Position numbers and translations under genes: made by a program. The notes below the pieces were generated by a model. That model did not search any database. It saw only the letters and a list, made by a program, of their open reading frames with translations, and was not told the origin of the DNA. From the IMG/VR virus record IMGVR_UViG_3300036762_000188: 64,000 nucleotides of DNA. One strand, written 5' to 3'. Below are positions 50,931 through 60,968 of this stretch, in pieces. The stretch is from a virus (taxonomy: Duplodnaviria > Caudoviricetes). The first letter of the stretch is position 1. Every line of letters starts with the position of its first letter.

Positions 50931-51547
50931 GATATAATGAAGATGGCACTAAGATGTTACCGGCAGCCTTTATCATAGGCATACACGTGGTGCTACTACT
51001 GTCAGGTATGTTATTTGGCGGTCTTATTCTTAATTCCGTAGAGAACACGGCTGAAGGCTCTATGATTCACTCAGAGTTCGATGGGGTGTGGACGGTGTTT
51101 ATGACTATGACTACCATAGGCTTCGGCGACTTCTACCCGGTTACCGCGTTAGGAAGGCTAGTAGTTATGGTATCGTTCTTCTTCGGTGCCTATAATGTTG
51201 GCGTTATAATAAACACTATGGTATCTAGAATTGGTAATAAGGACTCGTCTAATGACTTCCTAATGAGGAGTATCGCAGAGCTGCTTCGTAAGATGGAGGC
51301 TATGGAGTCATGCATGGAGTACAGTAATAAGGAGCATCATCTAGATGCTATACTTCTAGAGTCCTCTTATAAATCTGATCAGGTGACAGGTAGGATAGCC
51401 CTGGGTCGCGATTCCTCAGGGCTGCACATAGTCAGTATATACGGTACTGCAGACTCAGGGGATTTCAACCGCTGGATACCGTGTACCGGATATCTTGATG
51501 CCTTACGTAGGTATCGCACTATTATTAAAGATCCGAACCTCGTTTAG
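50927..51547 (+). CDS. Two-TM potassium channel (KcsA-like)
   Basis: W..FMTMTTIGFGDFYPVT.LGR selectivity filter. Confidence 0.9.
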   Translation: MRYNEDGTKMLPAAFIIGIHVVLLLSGMLFGGLILNSVENTAEGSMIHSEFDGVWTVFMTMTTIGFGDFYPVTALGRLVVMVSFFFGAYNVGVIINTMVSRIGNKDSSNDFLMRSIAELLRKMEAMESCMEYSNKEHHLDAILLESSYKSDQVTGRIALGRDSSGLHIVSIYGTADSGDFNRWIPCTGYLDALRRYRTIIKDPNLV

Positions 51548-51956
51548 TACGCTCCTCTAGTTTACCGACTATAATAGCTAGACCATTATTAGTCTTGATA
51601 AGCTCAGAGGTGCTAGTAGACAGTAGATTAACTGCGTCAGCTAGGTTTTCAAGAGCCGTGATGGATCTGGCTGACGCTACTTCTAGTGCGTTTACCTTTA
51701 TCTCCATAGCTATCAATCTACTACTCTGCCTCTCTACCCTCTTATCCATCTCCTGCATATTAACTACTACAGTATTCGTGTTGTCTATAGCTTTTTTTAG
51801 CTCCTGCGCATTTGTCTCAAGTATAGCTAATCGATTACCCTGAACTGCTAGAGTCTTCTCTGTCACTATCCACGCACCGCCTAGGCTCATAACCAAGGTG
51901 ATCAGTGCTGTTACCAACGCGACTAGGAGGCTTTTATCCATCTGTATATCTGCCAT
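51525..51956 (-). CDS. Membrane-anchored coiled-coil protein (holin or lysis-associated candidate)
   Basis: One N-terminal TM and a long coiled coil; AGGAG RBS; TAAAATA upstream. Confidence 0.6.
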   Translation of the reverse strand: MADIQMDKSLLVALVTALITLVMSLGGAWIVTEKTLAVQGNRLAILETNAQELKKAIDNTNTVVVNMQEMDKRVERQSSRLIAMEIKVNALEVASARSITALENLADAVNLLSTSTSELIKTNNGLAIIVGKLEERTKRGSDL

Positions 51957-52012
51957 GCATTACTCCTTGTCTGTACTTTTATTTTACTAAAATAATGGTA
52001 AAGGAGATCTAT

Positions 52013-52339
52013 ATGCAACATCCGATTATATCAACAAATAGCCTGACTATAGATGGCTCTCTACTTACGCCAGCATACATGGCACCTTTTCGACCTAAAT
52101 ATGGGCACGAAATAACTTACGGAGAGGCATACTTATCCAACACACAGATCGATCATCTAAATAATCTAGCTAAGCGTTATGGATTTAGGGATGCAGCAGA
52201 GGTGGATGAGATCCGGTCACGTCAAGTACGAACAGGGCTAACACTTATAGAGAGGATACGGGGAGTACCTAGTAAAGTGGTTAGTGACTACAATAGACCT
52301 ATTAATATAGCGAGAGATTTATGGGCGCGGGAAATTTAA
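52013..52339 (+). CDS. Hypothetical protein
   Basis: AGGAG RBS before ATG 52013. Confidence 0.55.
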   Translation: MQHPIISTNSLTIDGSLLTPAYMAPFRPKYGHEITYGEAYLSNTQIDHLNNLAKRYGFRDAAEVDEIRSRQVRTGLTLIERIRGVPSKVVSDYNRPINIARDLWAREI

Positions 52340-53697
52340 AGGAACACCAGCAGAGAGTGGTGGATAACGAGAGTAAGGTTGTATACCACGGGCTAGGCTC
52401 GGGTAAGACCCTTATCGGTCTTACTGAACTGGCCCGGGCGGCTAAGAATGGCGGTAGAGGTATCTTCGTAGCACCTACGTCTCTCGTCAATAACGCCCGT
52501 AAGGAGATAGCCAAGCATAACATAGACATAGGCGACGGTGTCATAGTCAGTCCGACTAAGCTAATGCTTAACCCCGATGATTATAAGGATAACTATGACG
52601 TTATGGTCATAGACGAAGCGCACGCCATGCGTAATCCCGGTAAGAAGACTTCCGTACTAAAGAGTATACGTAACGATTCTGCACGTATCATCCCTATGAC
52701 AGCCTCTGCTATGTACAACGATGTATCTGATATAGCACCTCTAGTCAATCTAGTGGCCGGAGATAAGCTATTACCTGAGACCAGGGGTGAGTTTTATGGT
52801 AGATACGTTAAGACCGTAGATGATCCATTTACATTGGGTAATATTATAGGTAAAGCCCGCGGCGTACACTATGATATAGCTCGTAAGGGAGAATTGCGTA
52901 AGGTACTGAATTCTTTTGTAGATAGACATGATACTGATAAAGGTCCCGAGTTCCCTACTACTACGGAAGAGACTATAGCAGTGCCGATGTCAGAGCATCA
53001 GCAGAAAGTATACGATTATGCTATGAGTGCCATACCATCTGATATACGCGCTAAGGTTAACTCTGGAGTAGCACTAGATGCTAAGCAGGTAGCTAAGTTA
53101 CAGGTATTCATGACAGGCCCTCGCATGGCAGCACTATCCTCTGCATATATAGATAAGAGTAGAGATGATAGCGCTAAGATAGATGCTGCCGTAGGCAGAG
53201 TAGTCGCTAGATCAGAGGAGCCTAATTTTAAAGCCCTGGTGTATTCTAACTTCATCGAAGGTGGCTTAGAGCCATATGCACGTAGGCTTGAAGAGAATGG
53301 TCTAGGAGATAAGTATCAGATATTCAAAGGCGGATTATCCTCTAAAAAGCGTGATGAGATAATCTCTTCTTATAATAATGGGGATAAACCGATACTACTA
53401 GTGTCTTCTGCAGGTTCAGAGGGTCTAGATCTTAAGGGTACTCGAGTAACACAGGTTCTAGAACCTCACTTTAACGAAGAGAAGATCAAGCAGGTTATAG
53501 GACGTAGTGCACGATATATGTCTCATACACATCTGCCAGAAGATCAACGTAATGTCCACGTAGAGAAGTATATATCGGTTACTAGGCCGACTATGTGGAG
53601 CGCCAGTAAGCCCACCGTAGACGGTACTATATCTGCGTCTGCGGGTATTAAAAATGATTTAATAAATAAGGTAAAAGCCCTGATACGTAACCAATGA
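52321..53697 (+). CDS. SF2 helicase, SNF2-like
   Basis: HGLGSGKT, IDEAH, MTAS, AGSEGLDL, QVIGRSAR. Confidence 0.88.
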   Translation: MGAGNLKEHQQRVVDNESKVVYHGLGSGKTLIGLTELARAAKNGGRGIFVAPTSLVNNARKEIAKHNIDIGDGVIVSPTKLMLNPDDYKDNYDVMVIDEAHAMRNPGKKTSVLKSIRNDSARIIPMTASAMYNDVSDIAPLVNLVAGDKLLPETRGEFYGRYVKTVDDPFTLGNIIGKARGVHYDIARKGELRKVLNSFVDRHDTDKGPEFPTTTEETIAVPMSEHQQKVYDYAMSAIPSDIRAKVNSGVALDAKQVAKLQVFMTGPRMAALSSAYIDKSRDDSAKIDAAVGRVVARSEEPNFKALVYSNFIEGGLEPYARRLEENGLGDKYQIFKGGLSSKKRDEIISSYNNGDKPILLVSSAGSEGLDLKGTRVTQVLEPHFNEEKIKQVIGRSARYMSHTHLPEDQRNVHVEKYISVTRPTMWSASKPTVDGTISASAGIKNDLINKVKALIRNQ

Positions 53698-53724
53698 TGT
53701 TATAAGTATTAAAAGGGGATTATT

Positions 53725-54024
53725 ATGAAGAAATTAATTATAGCCGCACTACTGCTGTGCACTCAGGTGCACGCAGATGACTACGATAATTATGGATATT
53801 ATCCTGGATACTTGGTATGGGCTTATCAGAACTGTAAGACGAATATAACCAGGCCCGTTGTAGTACTTTATATGAAGGAGGCTACCCAAAGGTTCCCTAC
53901 TGATGAGGAGTTCTACAGACTAAAAGTATTCCAGATGGAATATTTAGACAGGATATCCAAAGAGATAGGCATGCGCACTGTATGCCTAGTCTTTGAGGAT
54001 AGTTATTTCGGAGGAGGCTTATAG
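53725..54024 (+). CDS. Exported hypothetical protein
   Basis: Signal peptide MKKLIIAALLLCTQVHA; promoter motif at 53698. Confidence 0.65.
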   Translation: MKKLIIAALLLCTQVHADDYDNYGYYPGYLVWAYQNCKTNITRPVVVLYMKEATQRFPTDEEFYRLKVFQMEYLDRISKEIGMRTVCLVFEDSYFGGGL

Positions 54025-54036
54025 CCTCCTTTTTTT
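54012..54036. terminator. Terminator between convergent transcription units
   Basis: AGGAGGCT-TAT-AGCCTCCT-TTTTT. Confidence 0.7.
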
Positions 54037-55639
54037 AGATAAAGAACTTCTCTGTAGTATAACTAGAATCGCCTAGAGCAATAAAACCTGCAGGCTTAGC
54101 GGCTACGAAAGACGCATCATCTGTGATGAGCTTAATACTAACTCCTGACGGCGCGTCATTCATAGTAGACAGCAATAGTACAGGTATAGTACCTAATGGA
54201 CTAGTTAAGACTACATCTAGAGCAGGGTCTACTGGGTATGCATCCTCGTGGAGTACATCACCGTATATAGTCAAGGTGCTAGTAGTAGGGTCGTACGCGT
54301 ATCCTAATCTCACATTAGAGTCTATTAACTCAGCAGACATCATATATGGGTTAGAAGGATCAGTAGCCAGCTGCGTTATACAATACTCTAGCGGCAATCC
54401 TACATTGATATAACTACCTGCTACGTCCGAGCTTAGTATCAGATCTGCCGCCGATACATTCAATCCTACTATCACAGATAGTATAACTGTTATATCTTCC
54501 TTAGCTATGTCTATCTCGAAATACACTGGCTCAGTTATATTCGTAAGATTAATACCTGCAGAGGCACCTGACATATCCACTGTAGCATCGAAGTATACTT
54601 CATTGTATCCAGCGGCAATAGTACCTATAGTCATACTCGCCTCTCCTAACAGGCTATCGACTGCAGGCACAGCTTCAAATAAAGCTAGCACCTCAAGAGG
54701 GTCGACTACAGGGTAATCATCAGGGTTTAAAGGATCGCTCCCTACAGCTATCTCACCTGTGTCACTATATCCATCTCCATCCGAATCTACCAGGGTATAC
54801 ACGACCTCTCTCATCAAGTACTTACCTGATAATCCATACTCCGTGCCATCTACTTCGTAGACTATAGAAGTTCCATTAGTAGCGAACATATTAGCCTTTG
54901 CCGCCGATATATGTATTAGACCACTTCTATCATAAGATAAGATCTTAGCGTCTTCTTTAAAAGATAACACCCAGTCGAAGCTGTCGGATACCTCTGCTCT
55001 ACCCGGTCCTTTAACGCTGTGTATAAGTTCTCCGTCACGATCATCGTAGTATAGGGTATTACTATCGTTACTACGATATACTACCTTATAATCATCGTCT
55101 CCTATAACTCGTACCTGAGCTAGCGATCCTGTTATAGTGCGCACCGGTAAATAACTAGTACCTATACGTCTGTATAGCTTGAGATCGGTCTCGTTGATCA
55201 AGGCCAATAAAGTGCCACCGTCTGATATTATCGCTCTCTGATAGTCATCAGTAGGTGTTACGAAAGTTCCAACTACACTGAAGTCACTATTATTGTACAT
55301 AGTATGAGTTCCAGCACCCATGACTATGGTATAATTAGCCGACATACTAGTAAATAATCCAGTACTACCTACCTGCACGCCATCTATGTATGCCACGCCA
55401 CCGCTATGATACAGTACGCTGTCACTACCTAGATACACCGCGTCATCTACTTCGATAGGATAGGTAGCTATCACATTAAAGTCTAAATCATATAAGTAGA
55501 GAGAAGTATCCCATGTCAGTATACGGTTTGAGTATACCTTTATACCACGGGTGTTGCGTGAGCCTATACTCACGCTTTTCTTAGTGTCCATCACCGTCAG
55601 CGCTTCCACTGCCGACACTCTGTTATAGCTATCCATCAT
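54035..55639 (-). CDS. Tail-associated protein (beta-propeller-like, with Ca-binding DSDGDG motif)
   Basis: DSDGDGYSD..E..VGSDPLNPDDYP; KPAGF C-terminal motif. Confidence 0.6.
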   Translation of the reverse strand: MMDSYNRVSAVEALTVMDTKKSVSIGSRNTRGIKVYSNRILTWDTSLYLYDLDFNVIATYPIEVDDAVYLGSDSVLYHSGGVAYIDGVQVGSTGLFTSMSANYTIVMGAGTHTMYNNSDFSVVGTFVTPTDDYQRAIISDGGTLLALINETDLKLYRRIGTSYLPVRTITGSLAQVRVIGDDDYKVVYRSNDSNTLYYDDRDGELIHSVKGPGRAEVSDSFDWVLSFKEDAKILSYDRSGLIHISAAKANMFATNGTSIVYEVDGTEYGLSGKYLMREVVYTLVDSDGDGYSDTGEIAVGSDPLNPDDYPVVDPLEVLALFEAVPAVDSLLGEASMTIGTIAAGYNEVYFDATVDMSGASAGINLTNITEPVYFEIDIAKEDITVILSVIVGLNVSAADLILSSDVAGSYINVGLPLEYCITQLATDPSNPYMMSAELIDSNVRLGYAYDPTTSTLTIYGDVLHEDAYPVDPALDVVLTSPLGTIPVLLLSTMNDAPSGVSIKLITDDASFVAAKPAGFIALGDSSYTTEKFFI

Positions 55640-56967
55640 TACTCCCAGTACAATAGTACATCGGTATCATATAAAAGTGGTTCAGTGTCGTAGAATACAG
55701 CCCCTTCCGTGTTAACAGTATTAGGTACTGATACACTATCTAAAGGATATACTACAGGTACATTTAACGCACTGCCGCCTATCGATTCTCTAAATTTCAC
55801 TAGAACAAACTCTCCTCCAGACAATCCTTCGATAGCCACCCTGGTGATATCGTAATCATCATTACGTGTAGCAGTGTATCCTGAAGAACTCTGCAATCTA
55901 CCATCTATGATCAATTCTATCTCACTGGCGGCTACCGGTAAGTCTATTACTAATCTACTAGCGATAGCGTATCCAGATATCTCATATAACTGACGTAAGT
56001 TACTGAGACGGTAGTATTCAGCCACAGAGTATATCTGCTCTGGAGTAAATATACGTGGGATGCTTATCTTATCTATAAGATCCTGCTCAGTAGCATCAGG
56101 TACACCTATAGTAGGTGCATCTAAACCGCCTACCTTGCGATACGCATTTATAACGCCGCGATCAGTGCTTATAGATAGTGTATTAGATACTACGGACCAT
56201 CCCGTGATAGCATAATTACCTGTCAGATTATCATCTAGTAGCCATATAGCACTCTCGTGTAGGATAGCTGGATACACACCGGAGGTATTAACCACCGGCA
56301 CTCCATTATTAACTACCCATTTCTGAATAGTCTCCCCTACATGCAACTCCTGTAGCTGCCTACTCTCGGTCTCTATGAAGTACTGGTATCCTTCTTTTAT
56401 CTTAGAGAATCTGCTACTCAGAGACTCTACCTTAGAGCCATCGTCTATAAGGTATGTATTAGGATCAGGCCACGCCGAGCGCTGACCTTGGTACACCTCT
56501 AAGGTAGTACCTGCAGGGTAACTTGTACTAAGGGTTATAGAGGATTCGCTGGTAGTGGTATAATCTCTAGGAGATGACAGCAGAGTGTTATCTGCGTTTA
56601 CGCCGCTAATGTAATACTCAGTACCCTCTGTAGTAACCTGCTGCAGATCTACTACTAACTGCCCGTCACTCAATTCTACTCTTTCAGTACGTGCCGCGGA
56701 GAAGGATATACCACCTGCAGAAGCCCTGCCTATAAGCAGTAGTTTAGCACCCTCGGCTAACGGAGTGCTTAGCGTAATACTACCATTAGAAGCTGTGTAA
56801 TCTTCAGACGCACCTGAGAAGAGGCGTATCCCATTTAGATATACCTCTTCATTATCCTGCGTGAAGGTTAGAGGGAACGTAATCTCCCCTCCTGAAGCGG
56901 TATACTGTAATCTGTCTACTATAGATCCACGATCCAAATAACTGGCTACTGTAGAACTTAAACGCAT
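55639..56967 (-). CDS. Tail fibre / baseplate-associated protein
   Basis: VYLNGIRL..DYT....ITL repeats; paralog of 56978-58054. Confidence 0.65.
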   Translation of the reverse strand: MRLSSTVASYLDRGSIVDRLQYTASGGEITFPLTFTQDNEEVYLNGIRLFSGASEDYTASNGSITLSTPLAEGAKLLLIGRASAGGISFSAARTERVELSDGQLVVDLQQVTTEGTEYYISGVNADNTLLSSPRDYTTTSESSITLSTSYPAGTTLEVYQGQRSAWPDPNTYLIDDGSKVESLSSRFSKIKEGYQYFIETESRQLQELHVGETIQKWVVNNGVPVVNTSGVYPAILHESAIWLLDDNLTGNYAITGWSVVSNTLSISTDRGVINAYRKVGGLDAPTIGVPDATEQDLIDKISIPRIFTPEQIYSVAEYYRLSNLRQLYEISGYAIASRLVIDLPVAASEIELIIDGRLQSSSGYTATRNDDYDITRVAIEGLSGGEFVLVKFRESIGGSALNVPVVYPLDSVSVPNTVNTEGAVFYDTEPLLYDTDVLLYWE

Positions 56968-56977
56968 TTGTAACTCC

Positions 56978-58054
56978 TTAGAAGGTACTACCTTCTACTA
57001 GCCAGTCACTACCGTAGCGTACACCGCGATATACTGACAGCGGACCTGGGGTGAATGTTATAGACCAAGATGCAGGTACATTTAAAGTACCGCCTTGATC
57101 ATCCACTATAAGAGTGAATGAATCCTTAGCCGACATAGTAATATTGACAGTGGTAGCTGCTGCTATCACTATCTCAGTTATACCATCGCGTATTTCACAG
57201 TCCGTAGTGTAAGAAGCTCTTACAGGAGCTACTCTTCTGTGAAACACGTAGGTGCGCAGTACGTTATCCGTACCTCTAATTCCTAGCTCCAGAGGTTCCC
57301 CGGGCGTTATAGTCTCTATGTCACCATATATACTATAATTGTCCTGAGGGTCATAGAACACACCGTCATACAATACGGTAGTGAACACGCCGTTATCGTC
57401 CGGTATCTTATCTGTGTAGCGCTGCAGATATGTCCCGATAGTAGCAGTGGAGTAATACCGATTCTGGGCCGTCTCATAATCAGAGTCTATCATAGTAGCT
57501 GCTAGGCGGTCTGATAGACGCATATTAGTCTTACCATCATAGACTATAAAGTCATTGGGGTTAGGCCACGCAGGACGTACGCCTTGATATACTTCCAGTA
57601 CCGTCCCCGCTGCGAAGCTAGACGCCAGTGTTATAGTAGTGGGGTCTGCTATTGTATAATCAGTACCGCTTATTAACTTGCGGCTATCATTGACGTTACT
57701 TACGTATAGCTCTATACCCTCTGTAGTCAGTGAGGCTAATGATACTGTTAGCTGGCCGTTACCTAACGTAATAGTCTCAGAGGCGGAGTTAAACCCTTTA
57801 AAGTCTTGTTGGTTAGAACGCCCTATTAGGTGCACATGCTCCCCTCCTACGAGAGGGGCTGCGAATATAACCGATTCACCATTATATACGTAGTCTAATG
57901 GACTAGACTTACGTAAACCATCTAGGTAAACTTCTTCTACTCCAGGTAGTGATTTAAGCTGGAACTCCGTAGCGCCTGCCAGAGCTGTTACTACTCTGGT
58001 GTCTGTTATAGAGGACCTATTTACATAGTCCCCTGTGTATGAACTTAATCTCAT
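56978..58054 (-). CDS. Tail fibre / baseplate-associated protein
   Basis: VYLDGLR..DY; GTDYT..ITL; MRLSS N-terminus shared with neighbour. Confidence 0.65.
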   Translation of the reverse strand: MRLSSYTGDYVNRSSITDTRVVTALAGATEFQLKSLPGVEEVYLDGLRKSSPLDYVYNGESVIFAAPLVGGEHVHLIGRSNQQDFKGFNSASETITLGNGQLTVSLASLTTEGIELYVSNVNDSRKLISGTDYTIADPTTITLASSFAAGTVLEVYQGVRPAWPNPNDFIVYDGKTNMRLSDRLAATMIDSDYETAQNRYYSTATIGTYLQRYTDKIPDDNGVFTTVLYDGVFYDPQDNYSIYGDIETITPGEPLELGIRGTDNVLRTYVFHRRVAPVRASYTTDCEIRDGITEIVIAAATTVNITMSAKDSFTLIVDDQGGTLNVPASWSITFTPGPLSVYRGVRYGSDWLVEGSTF

Positions 58055-58064
58055 GTCTCACCTG

Positions 58065-59297
58065 TTAATATTTGTAGAATAGCACTGCGCCTACAGGGGA
58101 ATTCATAGGGTACCATGTATTAGAAGACTTACCTACGCTGAAATTAGGTAATCCTACGATTAACCCATTATCGCTCCATGCTACAAAAGCATTTTCATTA
58201 GTCTGAGTTACTCCGAAGGACGCAACGTCATTAACATCTAGCGTACCTACACTTCTGTATCCAGGGTCCTGATGTAGGTATTTACGCATTACCAGTATAC
58301 CAGACGAAGTACCCATAGCCACCGCTATAAAATCATTGTGCTTACTTATCGATACCGGATACCCAGCTGGAGGGGCTGTAGGGGCCAACACCTCGGTTAT
58401 AGTGTTAGAGGTCTCATTATATATAAATATTTTAAGAGGAGCACTATTACCGTTAGCCCCTATAATCACCTCGTCGCCATCACCTCTACCTATACAACTA
58501 AGTATTAGACCTGAGGAGCTTACATCCAGTATAGTAGTGAAAGATGATGACCCTGGTACCAATTTTCTTAAGGTAGAACCATCTATATTGTATAAATTGA
58601 CAGATGTACACTCTCCTCCGTTAACCCTTATATTATTATTAGAGGAGTATGATGCCAATACAGGTGTAGATACGAAATTTCCTGTAATACTGTAGCTGTA
58701 AGTATAACCACGACCAACTGCATATAGATAATTACCATCTCCTGATAAGTATCCCTTACTCCCATGAGCATTTAGAGTAGCAGGTTGAGCAGTGGACACT
58801 ACTCCAGATATAGTGTTATCGCTAGCTATATCGTATATCGTATAACCAAGCCCGCTAGATTCAAAGATCTTTCCGGTAACTACCATTCTAGACCCGTCGC
58901 TATTCATATGTACGCGTAGAGGGATAGGATAGTTACTAGCCAATTGAATAGACTTAACGTTACTTACTGTGCCAGTTCCTAAATCGTCGGTAGGCAGATC
59001 CCCTACATACACCGTAGTAGTAGTAGCCCACGCTACCTTAGAGCCTCTGCAACATACATCGTAACCTTTGAAATAGTTATCTACATCTAAGGCGAAAGTT
59101 CCGGTAGAGGAGTGCTCATACACTCCAGTGAACCCCTGGTTAACAGGAGCATGCATTTTACCACGTAGATCCTGTAAACTAAAAGGGTTTGATAGTGCTT
59201 GCACTGCCGCATCTGTACTAGACACGGCTGATCCTACGGGATAATCCAGTTCGTACTGAATATTCTGAAAGCTTATACTCCCTGTTTTAGCGAACAT
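58065..59297 (-). CDS. Tail fibre tip / receptor-binding protein (beta-propeller-like)
   Basis: GSISF.NI..EL..SLQDLRGK adaptor that typically follows S74 fibres. Confidence 0.6.
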   Translation of the reverse strand: MFAKTGSISFQNIQYELDYPVGSAVSSTDAAVQALSNPFSLQDLRGKMHAPVNQGFTGVYEHSSTGTFALDVDNYFKGYDVCCRGSKVAWATTTTVYVGDLPTDDLGTGTVSNVKSIQLASNYPIPLRVHMNSDGSRMVVTGKIFESSGLGYTIYDIASDNTISGVVSTAQPATLNAHGSKGYLSGDGNYLYAVGRGYTYSYSITGNFVSTPVLASYSSNNNIRVNGGECTSVNLYNIDGSTLRKLVPGSSSFTTILDVSSSGLILSCIGRGDGDEVIIGANGNSAPLKIFIYNETSNTITEVLAPTAPPAGYPVSISKHNDFIAVAMGTSSGILVMRKYLHQDPGYRSVGTLDVNDVASFGVTQTNENAFVAWSDNGLIVGLPNFSVGKSSNTWYPMNSPVGAVLFYKY

Positions 59298-60967
59298 ACC
59301 TGCTCCTTTAGCTCCTTGATAGCCTCTATTAAGAGTCCTACTAAGTTACCGTAAGCTACAGAGTAGTACTCGTCCTCATGCACTGCTTCTGGTATAACCT
59401 TCAGCACTTCCTGTGCGATAACACCTATATTACGCTTACCGTCCTTATCGAAGTATACTCCTCGCATGGCAGAGACTTTAGCTAGAGCATTATCTACAGT
59501 CACTACGTTCTCTTTAAGACGTGCGTCTGACAGACCTGTTATGTTACCTGATGTAGACAGTACACCTGAAGTACTAACAGTCATCACGTTAGTACCGCCA
59601 CTGTTCTTCCACTCCTGGATAGTACCGGTCGTAGTACGCGTAGCTGATATAGCTACTCCAGAAGAGGATGGAGTTATAGAATCAGTGCTAGCCACTAAGC
59701 GTATGGTATACCACACTGAAGATGTCACTGATACTCGTATAACCATATTACCAGGAGCAGCCGATGATAACTTAGTTATACGCTGTACGCGGTATCCTGT
59801 ATTTGCTTCAACATAATTCTCTACTACTACCTGTCCACTTAGCGTACTGGCAGCAGATCCATTCTGAGCCGTGTAAGTAACGCCGTTAGTGCAGATAAAT
59901 ATACCATTGTAATCCTCGTTACCCCATATAGTATCTAAGTTGAAGTTACTAGTAGTAACGTTACTTCTACCTCTATATCTACTAATCATATCGTACACTG
60001 ACAGTACCGCGTCTGCCGATGCTATCTTACCAGTTACGTCCGTAGATATTATCTCAGCTAAATCTACAGGAGCGTTAGTAGTAGGGTTTATACCGTATAC
60101 TTCTACTGAAGTATTCACAGAGCCAGGCACAGTAGTATTGGCTGATAGGTCCCACCCAGTATATGTATTACTTAGCGAGCTACCTACAGCAGTCGCCCTT
60201 ACTATACTAGCCACACCCGGAGCATCTACGCTTATGTTAGCACATATCGCACTGCCTACTAATACTGCTTCACAGGTGATATTAAAATCACCGTTCTGTT
60301 CTATATAGAATACAGTGTCTACACCATTAGTACCGGCTGAAGCCTTAGTAATAAGTACAGAGGCCTCCCCTTTGGTAGTAGATAACTCTACACGTATGCG
60401 GTAGTTACTAACCGAATGTATTATAGGGGTAGTAAGTGCTATAGAGGAAGTGTACGCTACTGGATTTACCGGAGACGTCAGATCTAATAGAGAACTAGTG
60501 TTGCGTAATGCGTTACGTAAGTTATCCTTTAAGCTAGACATATCCACCCTACCGGTTAAAGCAGTAGGAACTTCATCAGGAGTGAGAACTTCGTCCAGAC
60601 CTGATATAGTGGTTACAGGTATATTACCCTCGTCTGTTATTACGCTAGTGGCGCCCATCACTGATAGGGTACCACCATTCAGGGTGGCAGTAGACACTCC
60701 GTTATACTGGTATAGATTACCTGCCTGGTCGAATATTATGACCCCACTAGATAAGTCCATACCGGCCATCAGTGGTATCACTCTACGGCCGAATATCAAG
60801 GAGTAATCCTCTGTATTAGGCTGGAACACGTTACCACTGGCCAGGATTAAACCCTGACCGGTGGATACTACCGTACCTCGCAGAGTAGGAGTCCCCGGGA
60901 CTTCTACTAGCATTCCATTAGTAAGATGCGCTTGACTCAATTGAGTAAGACTGTTAAAAACTCTCAT
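59273..60967 (-). CDS. Tail fibre with C-terminal intramolecular chaperone (peptidase S74)
   Basis: SDARLKENV..ALAKV..MRGV.F..IGVIAQEV..PEAV..SVAYGNLVGLLIEAIKEL. Confidence 0.88.
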   Translation of the reverse strand: MRVFNSLTQLSQAHLTNGMLVEVPGTPTLRGTVVSTGQGLILASGNVFQPNTEDYSLIFGRRVIPLMAGMDLSSGVIIFDQAGNLYQYNGVSTATLNGGTLSVMGATSVITDEGNIPVTTISGLDEVLTPDEVPTALTGRVDMSSLKDNLRNALRNTSSLLDLTSPVNPVAYTSSIALTTPIIHSVSNYRIRVELSTTKGEASVLITKASAGTNGVDTVFYIEQNGDFNITCEAVLVGSAICANISVDAPGVASIVRATAVGSSLSNTYTGWDLSANTTVPGSVNTSVEVYGINPTTNAPVDLAEIISTDVTGKIASADAVLSVYDMISRYRGRSNVTTSNFNLDTIWGNEDYNGIFICTNGVTYTAQNGSAASTLSGQVVVENYVEANTGYRVQRITKLSSAAPGNMVIRVSVTSSVWYTIRLVASTDSITPSSSGVAISATRTTTGTIQEWKNSGGTNVMTVSTSGVLSTSGNITGLSDARLKENVVTVDNALAKVSAMRGVYFDKDGKRNIGVIAQEVLKVIPEAVHEDEYYSVAYGNLVGLLIEAIKELKEQVCSLKQGV

Positions 60968-60968
60968 G

